From a virus (taxonomy: Duplodnaviria; Caudoviricetes), in IMG/VR virus record IMGVR_UViG_3300025778_000032, positions 1 to 41,523 of that record: DNA of 41,523 nt; one strand, 5' to 3'. Position numbers and translations under genes: made by a program. The notes under the pieces are model-generated. The model made no database searches, was not told the DNA's origin, and saw only the letters and a list, made by a program, of their open reading frames with translations. Each line of letters begins with the position of its first letter. Within the stretch, counting starts at the first letter, position 1. Positions 18,470 to 26,452 of this stretch are shown one piece after another.

Positions 18470-19702
18470 GTGATTAAGCGCACCCTTATTAACTCTGACT
18501 GCATCACCGCCATGCGTGAAATGCCAGACAACTCGGTGGACTCAATCGTTACCGACCCTCCCTATGAACTCGGCTTCATGGGTAAGAGTTGGGACTCATC
18601 AGGCATCGCTTTCAATGCCGAGGTCTGGCGTGAGGCATTGCGTGTCTTGAAGCCAGGAGGACACCTTCTCGCCTTCTCTGGCTCTCGCACTTATCACCGA
18701 ATGGCAGTTGCGATTGAAGATGCAGGCTTTGAAATCCGCGATCAGATTATGTGGGTGTATGGGTCGGGGTTCCCGAAGTCGCACAACATCTCGAAGGCAT
18801 TGGACAAGATTGAAGGAGTTGCGCCAACAATTGTTGGGGAAAGAATGGCGCAAGGTGGCGCAAGGAAAATCAAAGGAACAAACGCTGCCGCAAACAAGAT
18901 TCCAAATTCAGGAAGTCTTGAGTATGACGAAACTATTATCTATGAAACAACGGCAACATCCGACATTGCAAAGCAATGGCAAGGTTGGGGAACGGCGCTC
19001 AAACCAGCGCATGAGCCAATGGTTCTCGCTCGCAAACCTCTTATCGGAACTGTCGCCAATAATGTGCTGACCTTTGGTACAGGTGGGTTGAACATTGACG
19101 GAAGTAGGGTTGGCAGGGCTGATGATGATGTTTCCAAAGGCGGTTTTGGGAATGGTGGCATAGGAATTGGAGCAGTTGGTGAGGATAACGGAGAAGGCAA
19201 GAACGCCGAATGGGTTGAATCAACACAAGATCGCTGGCCAGCCAATTTCATTCATGACGGCAGCGGTGAAGTCAATGAATTACTTGGCGAACCTGCCCGA
19301 TTCTTTTACTGCGCGAAGGCAAGCAAGCGTGATCGCAATGAGGGGCTTGATGGGTTTGAGGAAATTCAACTTACAGGTGGCGGTGGGCTAACTGCTGAAA
19401 TGCGCGAAGATGGAACTTTGGAAACGGCAAGTGCTGGTGGCAAGTACGGCTCAATAAAAGCAAAGAAAGCCAACTATCACCCGACAGTAAAGCCGACATC
19501 GTTGATGCAATACCTTGTGCGCTTGGTTACACCGCCCAACGGCACAGTGCTTGACCCTTTCATGGGTTCAGGTTCAACGGGCAAGGCGTGTGCCTATGAG
19601 GGATTTAACTTCATCGGCATTGACCAAAGTGCCGAGTATGTGGAGATCGCCAGAGCGCGGATTGAATACGCAAATCAGCAAATTGGCGAGGTGGAGAAGT
19701 GA
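18470..19702 (+). CDS. DNA amino-methyltransferase (N4-C/N6-A, beta class)
   Basis: DSIVTDPPY, WVYGSGFPKS, HPTVKP, VLDPFMGSGSTG. Confidence 0.92.
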   Translation: MIKRTLINSDCITAMREMPDNSVDSIVTDPPYELGFMGKSWDSSGIAFNAEVWREALRVLKPGGHLLAFSGSRTYHRMAVAIEDAGFEIRDQIMWVYGSGFPKSHNISKALDKIEGVAPTIVGERMAQGGARKIKGTNAAANKIPNSGSLEYDETIIYETTATSDIAKQWQGWGTALKPAHEPMVLARKPLIGTVANNVLTFGTGGLNIDGSRVGRADDDVSKGGFGNGGIGIGAVGEDNGEGKNAEWVESTQDRWPANFIHDGSGEVNELLGEPARFFYCAKASKRDRNEGLDGFEEIQLTGGGGLTAEMREDGTLETASAGGKYGSIKAKKANYHPTVKPTSLMQYLVRLVTPPNGTVLDPFMGSGSTGKACAYEGFNFIGIDQSAEYVEIARARIEYANQQIGEVEK

Positions 19703-19887
19703 GCAAATCAGAACTGCGCCGAATAGAGATAGTTGCTCCTAATGCTATTAAACAACTCCGCGAGCAGATAGCACGGGAAATCGAGGCTATCGATCTAACG
19801 GAGGCGAAAACAATCTCGTCTGATTGGTATGCCGCAAGCGTTCGTTTAAAAACCGTTGCTGCAATTATTGCGAGGGGCAAGAAATGA
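19699..19887 (+). CDS. Hypothetical protein, REQIA-EIEA family
   Basis: REQIAREIEA...AAIIARGKK. Confidence 0.6.
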   Translation: MSKSELRRIEIVAPNAIKQLREQIAREIEAIDLTEAKTISSDWYAASVRLKTVAAIIARGKK

Positions 19888-20063
19888 TGTGGGATAGCGG
19901 AGGAATGAAACTCAAAAATCGTTTAGGCGAAAAACGCACAATTTTGAAGTTTTATTGGTTTCCAACTCAATTCACAACAAAATGGGTTTGGTTAGAAAGT
20001 TTTCCAACCAATCAAGAAATTCAAGATGTTTTGTCGTTGCGTGGCGTTTACAAATATAAATGA
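19884..20063 (+). CDS. Hypothetical protein
   Basis: ATGA overlaps at both ends. Confidence 0.45.
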   Translation: MMWDSGGMKLKNRLGEKRTILKFYWFPTQFTTKWVWLESFPTNQEIQDVLSLRGVYKYK

Positions 20064-20242
20064 AAAACAGTTTCAATTACCCCAAAAAAGGAGTTGCTAT
20101 GAATGCAGGCTCAGTAATTGCTTGGTCTATGATGACGGTAGTGGCATTGCCAGTTATTTATTTTGTCTTTTTGGTGCCGCTTGCTTTAATAATCGGTGGG
20201 TTTAGACAGATGATCCTTCAAATTAAGAATAGGTCAAAATGA
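20060..20242 (+). CDS. Small membrane protein
   Basis: Long hydrophobic segment; real start may be the internal ATG after AAGGAG. Confidence 0.5.
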   Translation: MKNSFNYPKKGVAMNAGSVIAWSMMTVVALPVIYFVFLVPLALIIGGFRQMILQIKNRSK

Positions 20243-20925
20243 AAAAATATCTTCTTACCAATGGAAACAGATAACTTAGGGCAGACGGCATTTTTACATG
20301 GTCATTGCCAGCACTTGCTGCCAAACTTTCAAATGGCAAAAATGTGCTCGTATGCCCTAGCGCGGGAGTGTGCGCTCAACTTTGTTATGCACGCTCTGGC
20401 ACGTACAACTTTTCCAATGTGAAAGCCGCCCATGTAAGAAACCTTGAATATATTCTTGATTATCCAGATAAATGGAAAACCGAGATGAGCGAAGAATTGA
20501 AAGCAAAGCGTTACCAAGGCGGCAAATCAGTGCGTATTCATGACGCTGGCGATTTCTTTTCAGAAGATTATTTTAAATTGTGGGTAGAAATTGCTAAAGA
20601 AAACCCAACGGTATTCTTTTACGCGTACACCAAAGAAGTGGCTATGGTTAAACGTCATGTTTTGCCAGATAACCTAGTCATTATCTTCTCCATGGGTGGG
20701 AAACAAGATCATTTGGTAGACAAAGAAAAAGATCGTCACGCCGATGTATTTCCAACCTTGGAAGCGTTAGAAGAGGCTGGGTACACGGATCAAGAGCATT
20801 CAGATTTGCTTGCCGCTACTTTGCCCACCAATAAAATCGGAATTGTTGTCAACAATATCCCTCACCTTAAAAAACGCCAAGGTCAAGATACTTTTGGCGG
20901 TCTACAAGTAAAGGCTCACGCGTGA
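20239..20925 (+). pseudogene. GP88-like phage protein with in-frame TAA at 20272-20274
   Basis: ATG 20239 overlaps previous stop and reads MKKYLLTNGNR*LRADGIFTWSLPA, in frame with CPSAGVCAQLCYARSG...VRIHDAGDFFS...FYAYTK. Confidence 0.65.
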
Positions 20926-21107
20926 AAAAACGTAATCAAATATTGACCCCGCTCCAAGTAAGGGCTATCCGCGCCGAATATAAAGTAGTTCGAGAAGGCG
21001 GCATTCTCAAGGCTGTGAACGTAATTGAATTGGCACGCAAATTCAACATCTCTCAATTGCTCGTCCGTGACATAGCAAACGGTCGCAAATATAAGAATGT
21101 CGCATGA
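20922..21107 (+). CDS. Small HTH-like DNA-binding protein
   Basis: LTPLQVRAIR...ELARKFNISQLLVRDIANGRKYKNV. Confidence 0.6.
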   Translation: MKKRNQILTPLQVRAIRAEYKVVREGGILKAVNVIELARKFNISQLLVRDIANGRKYKNVA

Positions 21108-21143
21108 TAAATACATGGAAGAGGTCTAAAGCCAACGCCAACC

Positions 21144-21344
21144 GTGTACGTGACTCTTGCCCCTAAACCAGCGCATGAAGTTATTCATACCGTTTATCGC
21201 ACTCAATTTGTTCCAACTGACAAGATTGAAACCATTGTTGCATTGGCAAAAATTAAATATCAAGCCAGCGTTTACAAATCTGCTTATGCGGCTATGCGTG
21301 CAAAGTATCTTGCTTTAGCAAAAACTGAAAAAACAGAAAAGTAG
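21144..21344 (+). CDS. Hypothetical protein (start uncertain)
   Basis: Open frame extends back to 21111 with no clear start; abuts the convergent gene. Confidence 0.35.
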   Translation: MYVTLAPKPAHEVIHTVYRTQFVPTDKIETIVALAKIKYQASVYKSAYAAMRAKYLALAKTEKTEK

Positions 21345-21677
21345 TTATTTAAGCAATCCGCTATTGATCTTGACGACCTGCTTGACGTCCGTTCCTTCCG
21401 CCTTGTAAGCAGTTGTAACGGGCGTCAAAGGCGCACCGCCGTCATTGATGTTCGCCAAGTATGGCGTTTCAATATGAGAAGGCGGCGTTATATTTGGATT
21501 AGCCATAGAATCATGCGACACCAATCCGCCAGTAATAAACCCAACCAAGATATAACCCAAGTGCGGCATATCGTGTTGGAATCCAGTCGCCGCCCAAGTT
21601 GAGAAAGCGCCAGTCATGGCGATCGTTAATTGCTTTGCATCAAATATGCGAAATTTAAAATGGTCTTTTACTTTCAT
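21345..21677 (-). CDS. Holin-like membrane protein
   Basis: Two hydrophobic segments; ATGA-coupled downstream of endolysin. Confidence 0.5.
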   Translation of the reverse strand: MKVKDHFKFRIFDAKQLTIAMTGAFSTWAATGFQHDMPHLGYILVGFITGGLVSHDSMANPNITPPSHIETPYLANINDGGAPLTPVTTAYKAEGTDVKQVVKINSGLLK

Positions 21678-22528
21678 AGTGAACCTTTCAGTTCATCATA
21701 AATAATTTGAGGCAATGTCCCTACAACCTTGATTCCCTGTTTAGCCTCATATTTTGTCAACGCTTTTTCGGTTTGGGCATTCATTATTCCCGTCACGTAT
21801 TGAGCAGGAAGTAAGCCAGCCTTAGCCAAAGCCTTTTCAACAGCCATTACCGCTGCATTCTGCTGCCCGATATTAAACGCGGTTTTGCTAATCGGAAATG
21901 GAGGTGCGACGAAAACAGTTGTCGATTTAGTATTAGCGGTAGGGGTAGTCGTAAGCATTCCGCTGTGCATGACTCCAGTGGCTCCAGCGATTACCGTGCC
22001 AGTTCCGCCAACTACGGCGGTTGCCTTCTTGCTCGTCACTCCCTTAGATACGGGAACAAGCGGTACGGGGTATTTTGGTCTGACAATTGCGGCAATAAAA
22101 AGATAGGGGCGATGGACTCTCCAGCATCCACTTTCATGGACTGCATCGTTGGGGTTTCCAGTATTAAATCCGATGGTGGTAATTCCATCGGGAGAGGCAG
22201 CCTCGATCATTTCAACGTGATCTACAACGCCGTCATTATTCCAATCATAAAAAACTAGATCGCCTGCTTGCGCTTGATATTTATTGACGACAAGCCCTTG
22301 ACGCTGAAACCAAGGCAAGGCGGCTGGGTTGTATGCAAATCCTTTTACGGTCTGAGCCGCTACTAAATGTGATAAACCAACTTGTGCAAAGCACCAAGAA
22401 ACTCCCATGGCGCAATAAGGTGCGTTTTTGATTCCATACCAATCGCCGTAAGGATTTTCGTCTTGGGCGCCAGCGTGAAAACCCAATTGGCTTCTGGCGA
22501 CATTGAGAACATCTTGCGCGGTTGACAT
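21674..22528 (-). CDS. Endolysin: CHAP-type amidase plus C-terminal peptidoglycan-binding domain
   Basis: ARSQLG...NPYGDWYG...PYCAMGVSWCF...GDLVFYDW..DGVVDHVE...GFNT; C-terminal AVMAVEKAL...TGIMNAQTEKALTKYE. Confidence 0.85.
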   Translation of the reverse strand: MSTAQDVLNVARSQLGFHAGAQDENPYGDWYGIKNAPYCAMGVSWCFAQVGLSHLVAAQTVKGFAYNPAALPWFQRQGLVVNKYQAQAGDLVFYDWNNDGVVDHVEMIEAASPDGITTIGFNTGNPNDAVHESGCWRVHRPYLFIAAIVRPKYPVPLVPVSKGVTSKKATAVVGGTGTVIAGATGVMHSGMLTTTPTANTKSTTVFVAPPFPISKTAFNIGQQNAAVMAVEKALAKAGLLPAQYVTGIMNAQTEKALTKYEAKQGIKVVGTLPQIIYDELKGSL

Positions 22529-22547
22529 GATCCATCCTTCCTAAACA

Positions 22548-22575
22548 GAAACCCCCAACCAAAGTCAGGGGTTTC
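22548..22575 (-). terminator. Hairpin / probable terminator between holin-like gene and endolysin
   Basis: GAAACCCC...GGGGTTTC stem followed by TGTTT on the minus strand. Confidence 0.5.
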
Positions 22576-22613
22576 AAGACATAAGATAAAACTTATATCG
22601 ATGTAGTTAAATT

Positions 22614-22931
22614 TTACTGCTTTGTTGGATTTTTTGCTGCCTCGGCGTTAACAATTTTGTTAGCATCCGCAAGCGCGGTATCCACTGCTGCTTGAACCAA
22701 TGGTGCAGGTGCGCCAGTGTCTTTTGAAATTGTGTTGACCAATGACTTTGGGTTAACGCGTGCGATAAGTGGTGCAAGCAATCCACCTACCAATGCAGCG
22801 ATAACTAAATCCTTGATGGTGATGTGGCGGTTGTACTCATATGAACCGTAACCAGCGGCGACGATACCGTAACCGTAATGCTCCAAAAGAGCCTTTTCCT
22901 TTGCGGTCAGGTTTAATTTAAACTTAGCCAT
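22614..22931 (-). CDS. Holin-like membrane protein
   Basis: Hydrophobic helices, LLAPLIARVNPK; upstream of endolysin. Confidence 0.55.
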   Translation of the reverse strand: MAKFKLNLTAKEKALLEHYGYGIVAAGYGSYEYNRHITIKDLVIAALVGGLLAPLIARVNPKSLVNTISKDTGAPAPLVQAAVDTALADANKIVNAEAAKNPTKQ

Positions 22932-23068
22932 CTATTCCTTCTTTCAGATTAGGGTTTACAGAGCATAACAGGAGCCAATGTCACAATCGAGGGGGGCAAC
23001 ACTTAAAACGCCCAGATTAAAAAATCTTCATTTGGTAAAATTGTTTTTCTAACGGAAAGGTCAAAATT

Positions 23069-23512
23069 ATGGCTAACGATTCAATTACTCCAGCACACGA
23101 TCAAAAAGTTACCCATAGTTATACATTGGCTTACCCAGAACACAGCCCGCGTGAAGGCGATCCCGCTTATGCAGATTTTCACGCGTTCAAAGAAAACCGC
23201 AAAAAGTCTGGAACCTATTATTGCGATTTTGCTCATGAATTCCGTGACGGCGATACATCTGAATGCACGCTCGACAAGCCTCTCGAAGCCCATCACAAAC
23301 ATATAGAATGGGCAATGCTCAACGAGGTCGACTTATCGCTACTCGAAAAGCATTACGAAGGCGTCTCGTCCATGGGCGTAGGTAAATGGGTCGAATCCGC
23401 CGAAAACCTCGAACTGCTTTGCGTGTGGCATCACCGTTCCCATGCAGGAAAACACACTGCCGCGTTCGCAGATTTTGAGGCTCAAAAGGATATCCGCAAA
23501 CTAATCTCCTAA
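23069..23512 (+). CDS. His/Cys-rich HNH-like protein
   Basis: YCDF...C...LEAHH...NLELLCVWHHR...GKH. Confidence 0.5.
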   Translation: MANDSITPAHDQKVTHSYTLAYPEHSPREGDPAYADFHAFKENRKKSGTYYCDFAHEFRDGDTSECTLDKPLEAHHKHIEWAMLNEVDLSLLEKHYEGVSSMGVGKWVESAENLELLCVWHHRSHAGKHTAAFADFEAQKDIRKLIS

Positions 23513-23586
23513 ATCCGCAGGTCAGAGCCCATATTGGCTCGCAAACAATGTGCGCTTTTTGTATAGAAATCTGTACAGAAATGGAT

Positions 23587-23662
23587 TTGCATTACCTTGC
23601 AAAGCGTGTATATACTAATCCTGTAAGCCCAGCCGAGGGATTACAGAAAATAGGAGATCAAA
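23587..23662 (+). promoter_or_regulatory. Conserved promoter/leader element, copy C
   Basis: TTGCAT, AGCGTGTA, TATACT, hairpin CTGTAAGCCC-agccga-GGGATTACAG, TAGGAGATCAAA-ATG. Confidence 0.8.
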
Positions 23663-24028
23663 ATGGCTGCTTATGGATCATTCGTTAACTTGGTTTCAGA
23701 CCGCGTGGCTGCATTCGAGCCAGAGGTAGGCATGGGTGCTACTCAACTTGGCTGGTCTGATCGTTACGCTTACACCGTTGTCGAGGTCGTGCGCTTTGTC
23801 TCTGGCAAGAAAAAGGGCGAAGTTAAGGGTGTTTACGCAACCCGCGATATTGCAACCCGCGTGGACAAAAATGGCATGAGCGACTGTCAAGATTGGTCTT
23901 TTCAAACCGATTCAAATGCACAGCGTCGCTGGTTCCCGAAGCGCAAAAATGGTTCTTACTCTTCTGGCGTTAACAGCGGGGTCTTGGTCATTGGATACCG
24001 TTCCGAATATTACGATTTTTCCTTCTAG
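23663..24028 (+). CDS. Hypothetical phage protein
   Basis: Strong SD; PEVGMGAT..WSDRYAYTV...YYDFSF. Confidence 0.7.
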   Translation: MAAYGSFVNLVSDRVAAFEPEVGMGATQLGWSDRYAYTVVEVVRFVSGKKKGEVKGVYATRDIATRVDKNGMSDCQDWSFQTDSNAQRRWFPKRKNGSYSSGVNSGVLVIGYRSEYYDFSF

Positions 24029-24063
24029 GCTTGAAATTATCTGGGAAGTTCGAACAAATGGTT

Positions 24064-24135
24064 TTGACTTCCTAGATAGAGCGTGTATATAATAAGAGCG
24101 TAGCCCACCGAAAGTTACGAGATTAGGAGATCAAA
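24064..24135 (+). promoter_or_regulatory. Conserved promoter/leader element, copy D
   Basis: TTGACT-N18-TATAAT with AGCGTGTA, hairpin CGTAGC-ccaccgaaa-GTTACG, TAGGAGATCAAA-GTG. Confidence 0.8.
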
Positions 24136-24375
24136 GTGAGACTTGTTCCAACTACAGAAAAAGTATCGATCCAATGGTTTGCTGTTTTGCACGATGGATC
24201 GAAGGTTCGCAACAATGCTGGTTTTATCCACAACGCTTGGGACGTTAAGTGTTCTTGCGGTTGGGAAACTTGCACGGGTGGGGCTATCAAGTCTTACATA
24301 ACAGATGAAATTTTCAAGCACAAGCGTTTTGACCACAATTACGAAATCGTTTTTGGAAGGAAAAACTCAAAATGA
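24136..24375 (+). CDS. Hypothetical protein
   Basis: Strong SD; WDVKCSCGW...HKRFDH. Confidence 0.65.
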   Translation: MRLVPTTEKVSIQWFAVLHDGSKVRNNAGFIHNAWDVKCSCGWETCTGGAIKSYITDEIFKHKRFDHNYEIVFGRKNSK

Positions 24376-24806
24376 AAATCAATGCAATCAATTTCAAAGA
24401 CATTTATGGAAATCTTGCGCTGGTCTGTTCCAATTGTGGAACAAAAATTCACAAAGCCACTTCGAAGGCAGGAAATTCTTATTGGGGAGAGGCTGCAAGA
24501 AATTCGATCCATGGCGGATATTTTTCCCCAGCGCATGATTGCTCAAGTTATGCGGAAAATGATTCTTCCCTTCACTTTCAGGAAAAAGCAATCGCGGCGG
24601 GTGAAATGATCGTTGGTCAAACCGTTGAAGTTGTAAAAGGCAGGAAAGTCCCCAAGGGCACAATTTCAAAAGTTCTCTGGTACGGCTGGAACGGCTTTAG
24701 TGAGTCAGTCAAACTTTCTTTGCCAGATGGAACCGAAGTTTTTACCAATGTCGCAAATGTCGAAATAAGAGTTCAAGAGGAGGAATCAAGTGGCTATGAC
24801 ATCTAA
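24372..24806 (+). CDS. Hypothetical protein (Zn-ribbon plus SH3/KOW-like C-terminus)
   Basis: CSNCG...HDC; VEVVKGRKVPKGT. Confidence 0.6.
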   Translation: MKINAINFKDIYGNLALVCSNCGTKIHKATSKAGNSYWGEAARNSIHGGYFSPAHDCSSYAENDSSLHFQEKAIAAGEMIVGQTVEVVKGRKVPKGTISKVLWYGWNGFSESVKLSLPDGTEVFTNVANVEIRVQEEESSGYDI

Positions 24807-25050
24807 AGGCGAAACCATTCAACTGGCTATCGTCTGCCGTCGCAAAGGAAATAACCCTCGGCACATAGTTGTCGGGGGTGAGAAATTGTGTAAACGTAAG
24901 GTCAACTTTGATCTTGGTGATATACACGTGCGTCATTACAAAACCATGGAGACACTTCTATCGAATGAAGTCGTATGTCCAGACTGCCATAAAGAAGCAA
25001 AACCCCAAGACGGCGACCTCCGTGATGGTCAGATTGATGTGGAACTGTGA
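24790..25050 (+). CDS. Hypothetical Cys/His protein
   Basis: HIV...LC...CPDC; GAGGAGG SD. Confidence 0.55.
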   Translation: MAMTSKGETIQLAIVCRRKGNNPRHIVVGGEKLCKRKVNFDLGDIHVRHYKTMETLLSNEVVCPDCHKEAKPQDGDLRDGQIDVEL

Positions 25051-25343
25051 CATCCCTTAAGCCGATCATTCCAGAGATTTATACCCTCATCGTCGAGAAG
25101 TTGGACGCAATTCCCTCGAACCTTGACCCAAAACTCATTAACGATACGCGTGAGATCGCGTGCCAATTTTGCGATTGGGTAGGAAAAGTCGAGTGCTCGA
25201 CTGAAGATACAATTGAGTACCAAGATGGGTTTAACGGCAGTCATTTCCAAACAGCCGTAAATTGCAAAACGTATTACACCAAGTTCTATTGCCCATTTTG
25301 CATGAAGGAAAACGAGTACGAATACCTTGAGGCAATCGATTAA
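25047..25343 (+). CDS. Hypothetical Cys-rich protein
   Basis: CQFC and CPFC; GTGA overlap. Confidence 0.55.
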   Translation: MTSLKPIIPEIYTLIVEKLDAIPSNLDPKLINDTREIACQFCDWVGKVECSTEDTIEYQDGFNGSHFQTAVNCKTYYTKFYCPFCMKENEYEYLEAID

Positions 25344-25366
25344 CGCGTAAAAGATTATTCTTAAAA

Positions 25367-25446
25367 ACGTGTACAAAGATTGACACCGATGTATATACAC
25401 GTGTATCTTTCTAGTGTTAGGCAGTTCACACTAGGGAGGTAGAGAA
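25367..25446 (+). promoter_or_regulatory. Promoter with three CGTGTA motifs and a leader hairpin
   Basis: ACGTGTACA 25367; TTGACA 25380-N18-TATCTT; TATACACGTGTAT overlapping inverted pair; stem CTAGTGT/ACACTAG; GGAGGT SD. Confidence 0.6.
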
Positions 25447-25584
25447 ATGCTTTTATGTGATTGGGTGTATCAAGCAGTCTGTTGCAAGACACGTGTGATC
25501 CCAGAAGAGAACGCGTTAGTACCTTTACATCCGTGCTCTGAATGCGGGAAGGTACCTAACTTAGTATTCGCTGGTCAACGCTAA
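25447..25584 (+). CDS. 45-aa Cys-rich protein (not in ORF track)
   Basis: GGGAGGT SD; MLLCDWVYQAVCCK...HPCSECGKVPNLVFAGQR. Confidence 0.55.
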   Translation: MLLCDWVYQAVCCKTRVIPEENALVPLHPCSECGKVPNLVFAGQR

Positions 25585-25585
25585 A

Positions 25586-25601
25586 CGTTCCACGTGAAAC
25601 A
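25586..25601. promoter_or_regulatory. parS-like palindrome
   Basis: CGTTCCACGTGAAACA, 15/16 match to TGTTNCACGTGAAACA; intergenic. Confidence 0.6.
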
Positions 25602-25657
25602 AACACGCTTTTAGTTACAGGGTTGTGATTCAACACGCGCTTTGATACGGTTAAGGA

Positions 25658-26452
25658 ATGGCTAAGACCGTGCTCAAGGGCAAAACAGACACGCTTGAAA
25701 ACGAAAATCTGCCCAAGGTAGGCAAGAGCAATAAAGCCACGCTTGCAGCACGTAGGGATATGGATAGACGCGAGCGCGAAGTCTTCATTATGCGTAGAGA
25801 CGGATGGACGTTCCAAGAGATCGTCGACTATCTGGTAACTAGAGCAGAGCAGAAATTGGAAGACACGGGAAAGGAGCCAGATCACTTTGCTAGTATCTCA
25901 AGCGTCAAAGATGCCTATGACCGTTACATCATGCGCTGTCCCGAAAGGTTCGACTTAACGGGACGCAAGGAGCAACTTGAACTAGCGATCCAAAGGGCTG
26001 AAGACAATTACAAGAATGCCCTCGAACGCTCACGTAATGACGCGCTAGAAGACTCCGAACGGGCTAGATGGTCTGAACAGGCAGGTAAGTGGTTCGACCG
26101 ATTGAGTAAGTTGAGAGCGTTGACAGAGGATTCAGTCATCATCAATAACTTCACGCAAAACAATCTTGTACTCAATGACTCAGACCTTATGGCAAAACTG
26201 ACAGCATCAGCCTCGGACTCGGTTATCAATGTGCCCAATTTCGATGAATACAAGTCAGCCGATACCTTGCCCCCAATGATTGACGCTCCAGTTGAGGCGG
26301 CTAGTGTGGACGACGCTGAGATAGTTTTGGATGACGAATTCGCAGAGGAAGAGCCCCCAGCGACAATCGATATCACTCAGCCTACGGGGGATGTCTCTCA
26401 CGAACAGATTAAACCTACTGGGATCATGACCAATATCAGTATCAACATATGA
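25658..26452 (+). CDS. Probable terminase small subunit
   Basis: HTH-like MRRDGWTFQEIVD; helical core and acidic tail; coupled to large terminase. Confidence 0.6.
   Translation: MAKTVLKGKTDTLENENLPKVGKSNKATLAARRDMDRREREVFIMRRDGWTFQEIVDYLVTRAEQKLEDTGKEPDHFASISSVKDAYDRYIMRCPERFDLTGRKEQLELAIQRAEDNYKNALERSRNDALEDSERARWSEQAGKWFDRLSKLRALTEDSVIINNFTQNNLVLNDSDLMAKLTASASDSVINVPNFDEYKSADTLPPMIDAPVEAASVDDAEIVLDDEFAEEEPPATIDITQPTGDVSHEQIKPTGIMTNISINI

Noticed and set aside
20272-20274. Genome-wide stop-codon reassignment
   Set aside because: Only one interrupted gene of this kind; TAA, TAG and TGA all end well-supported genes, often in start/stop overlaps.
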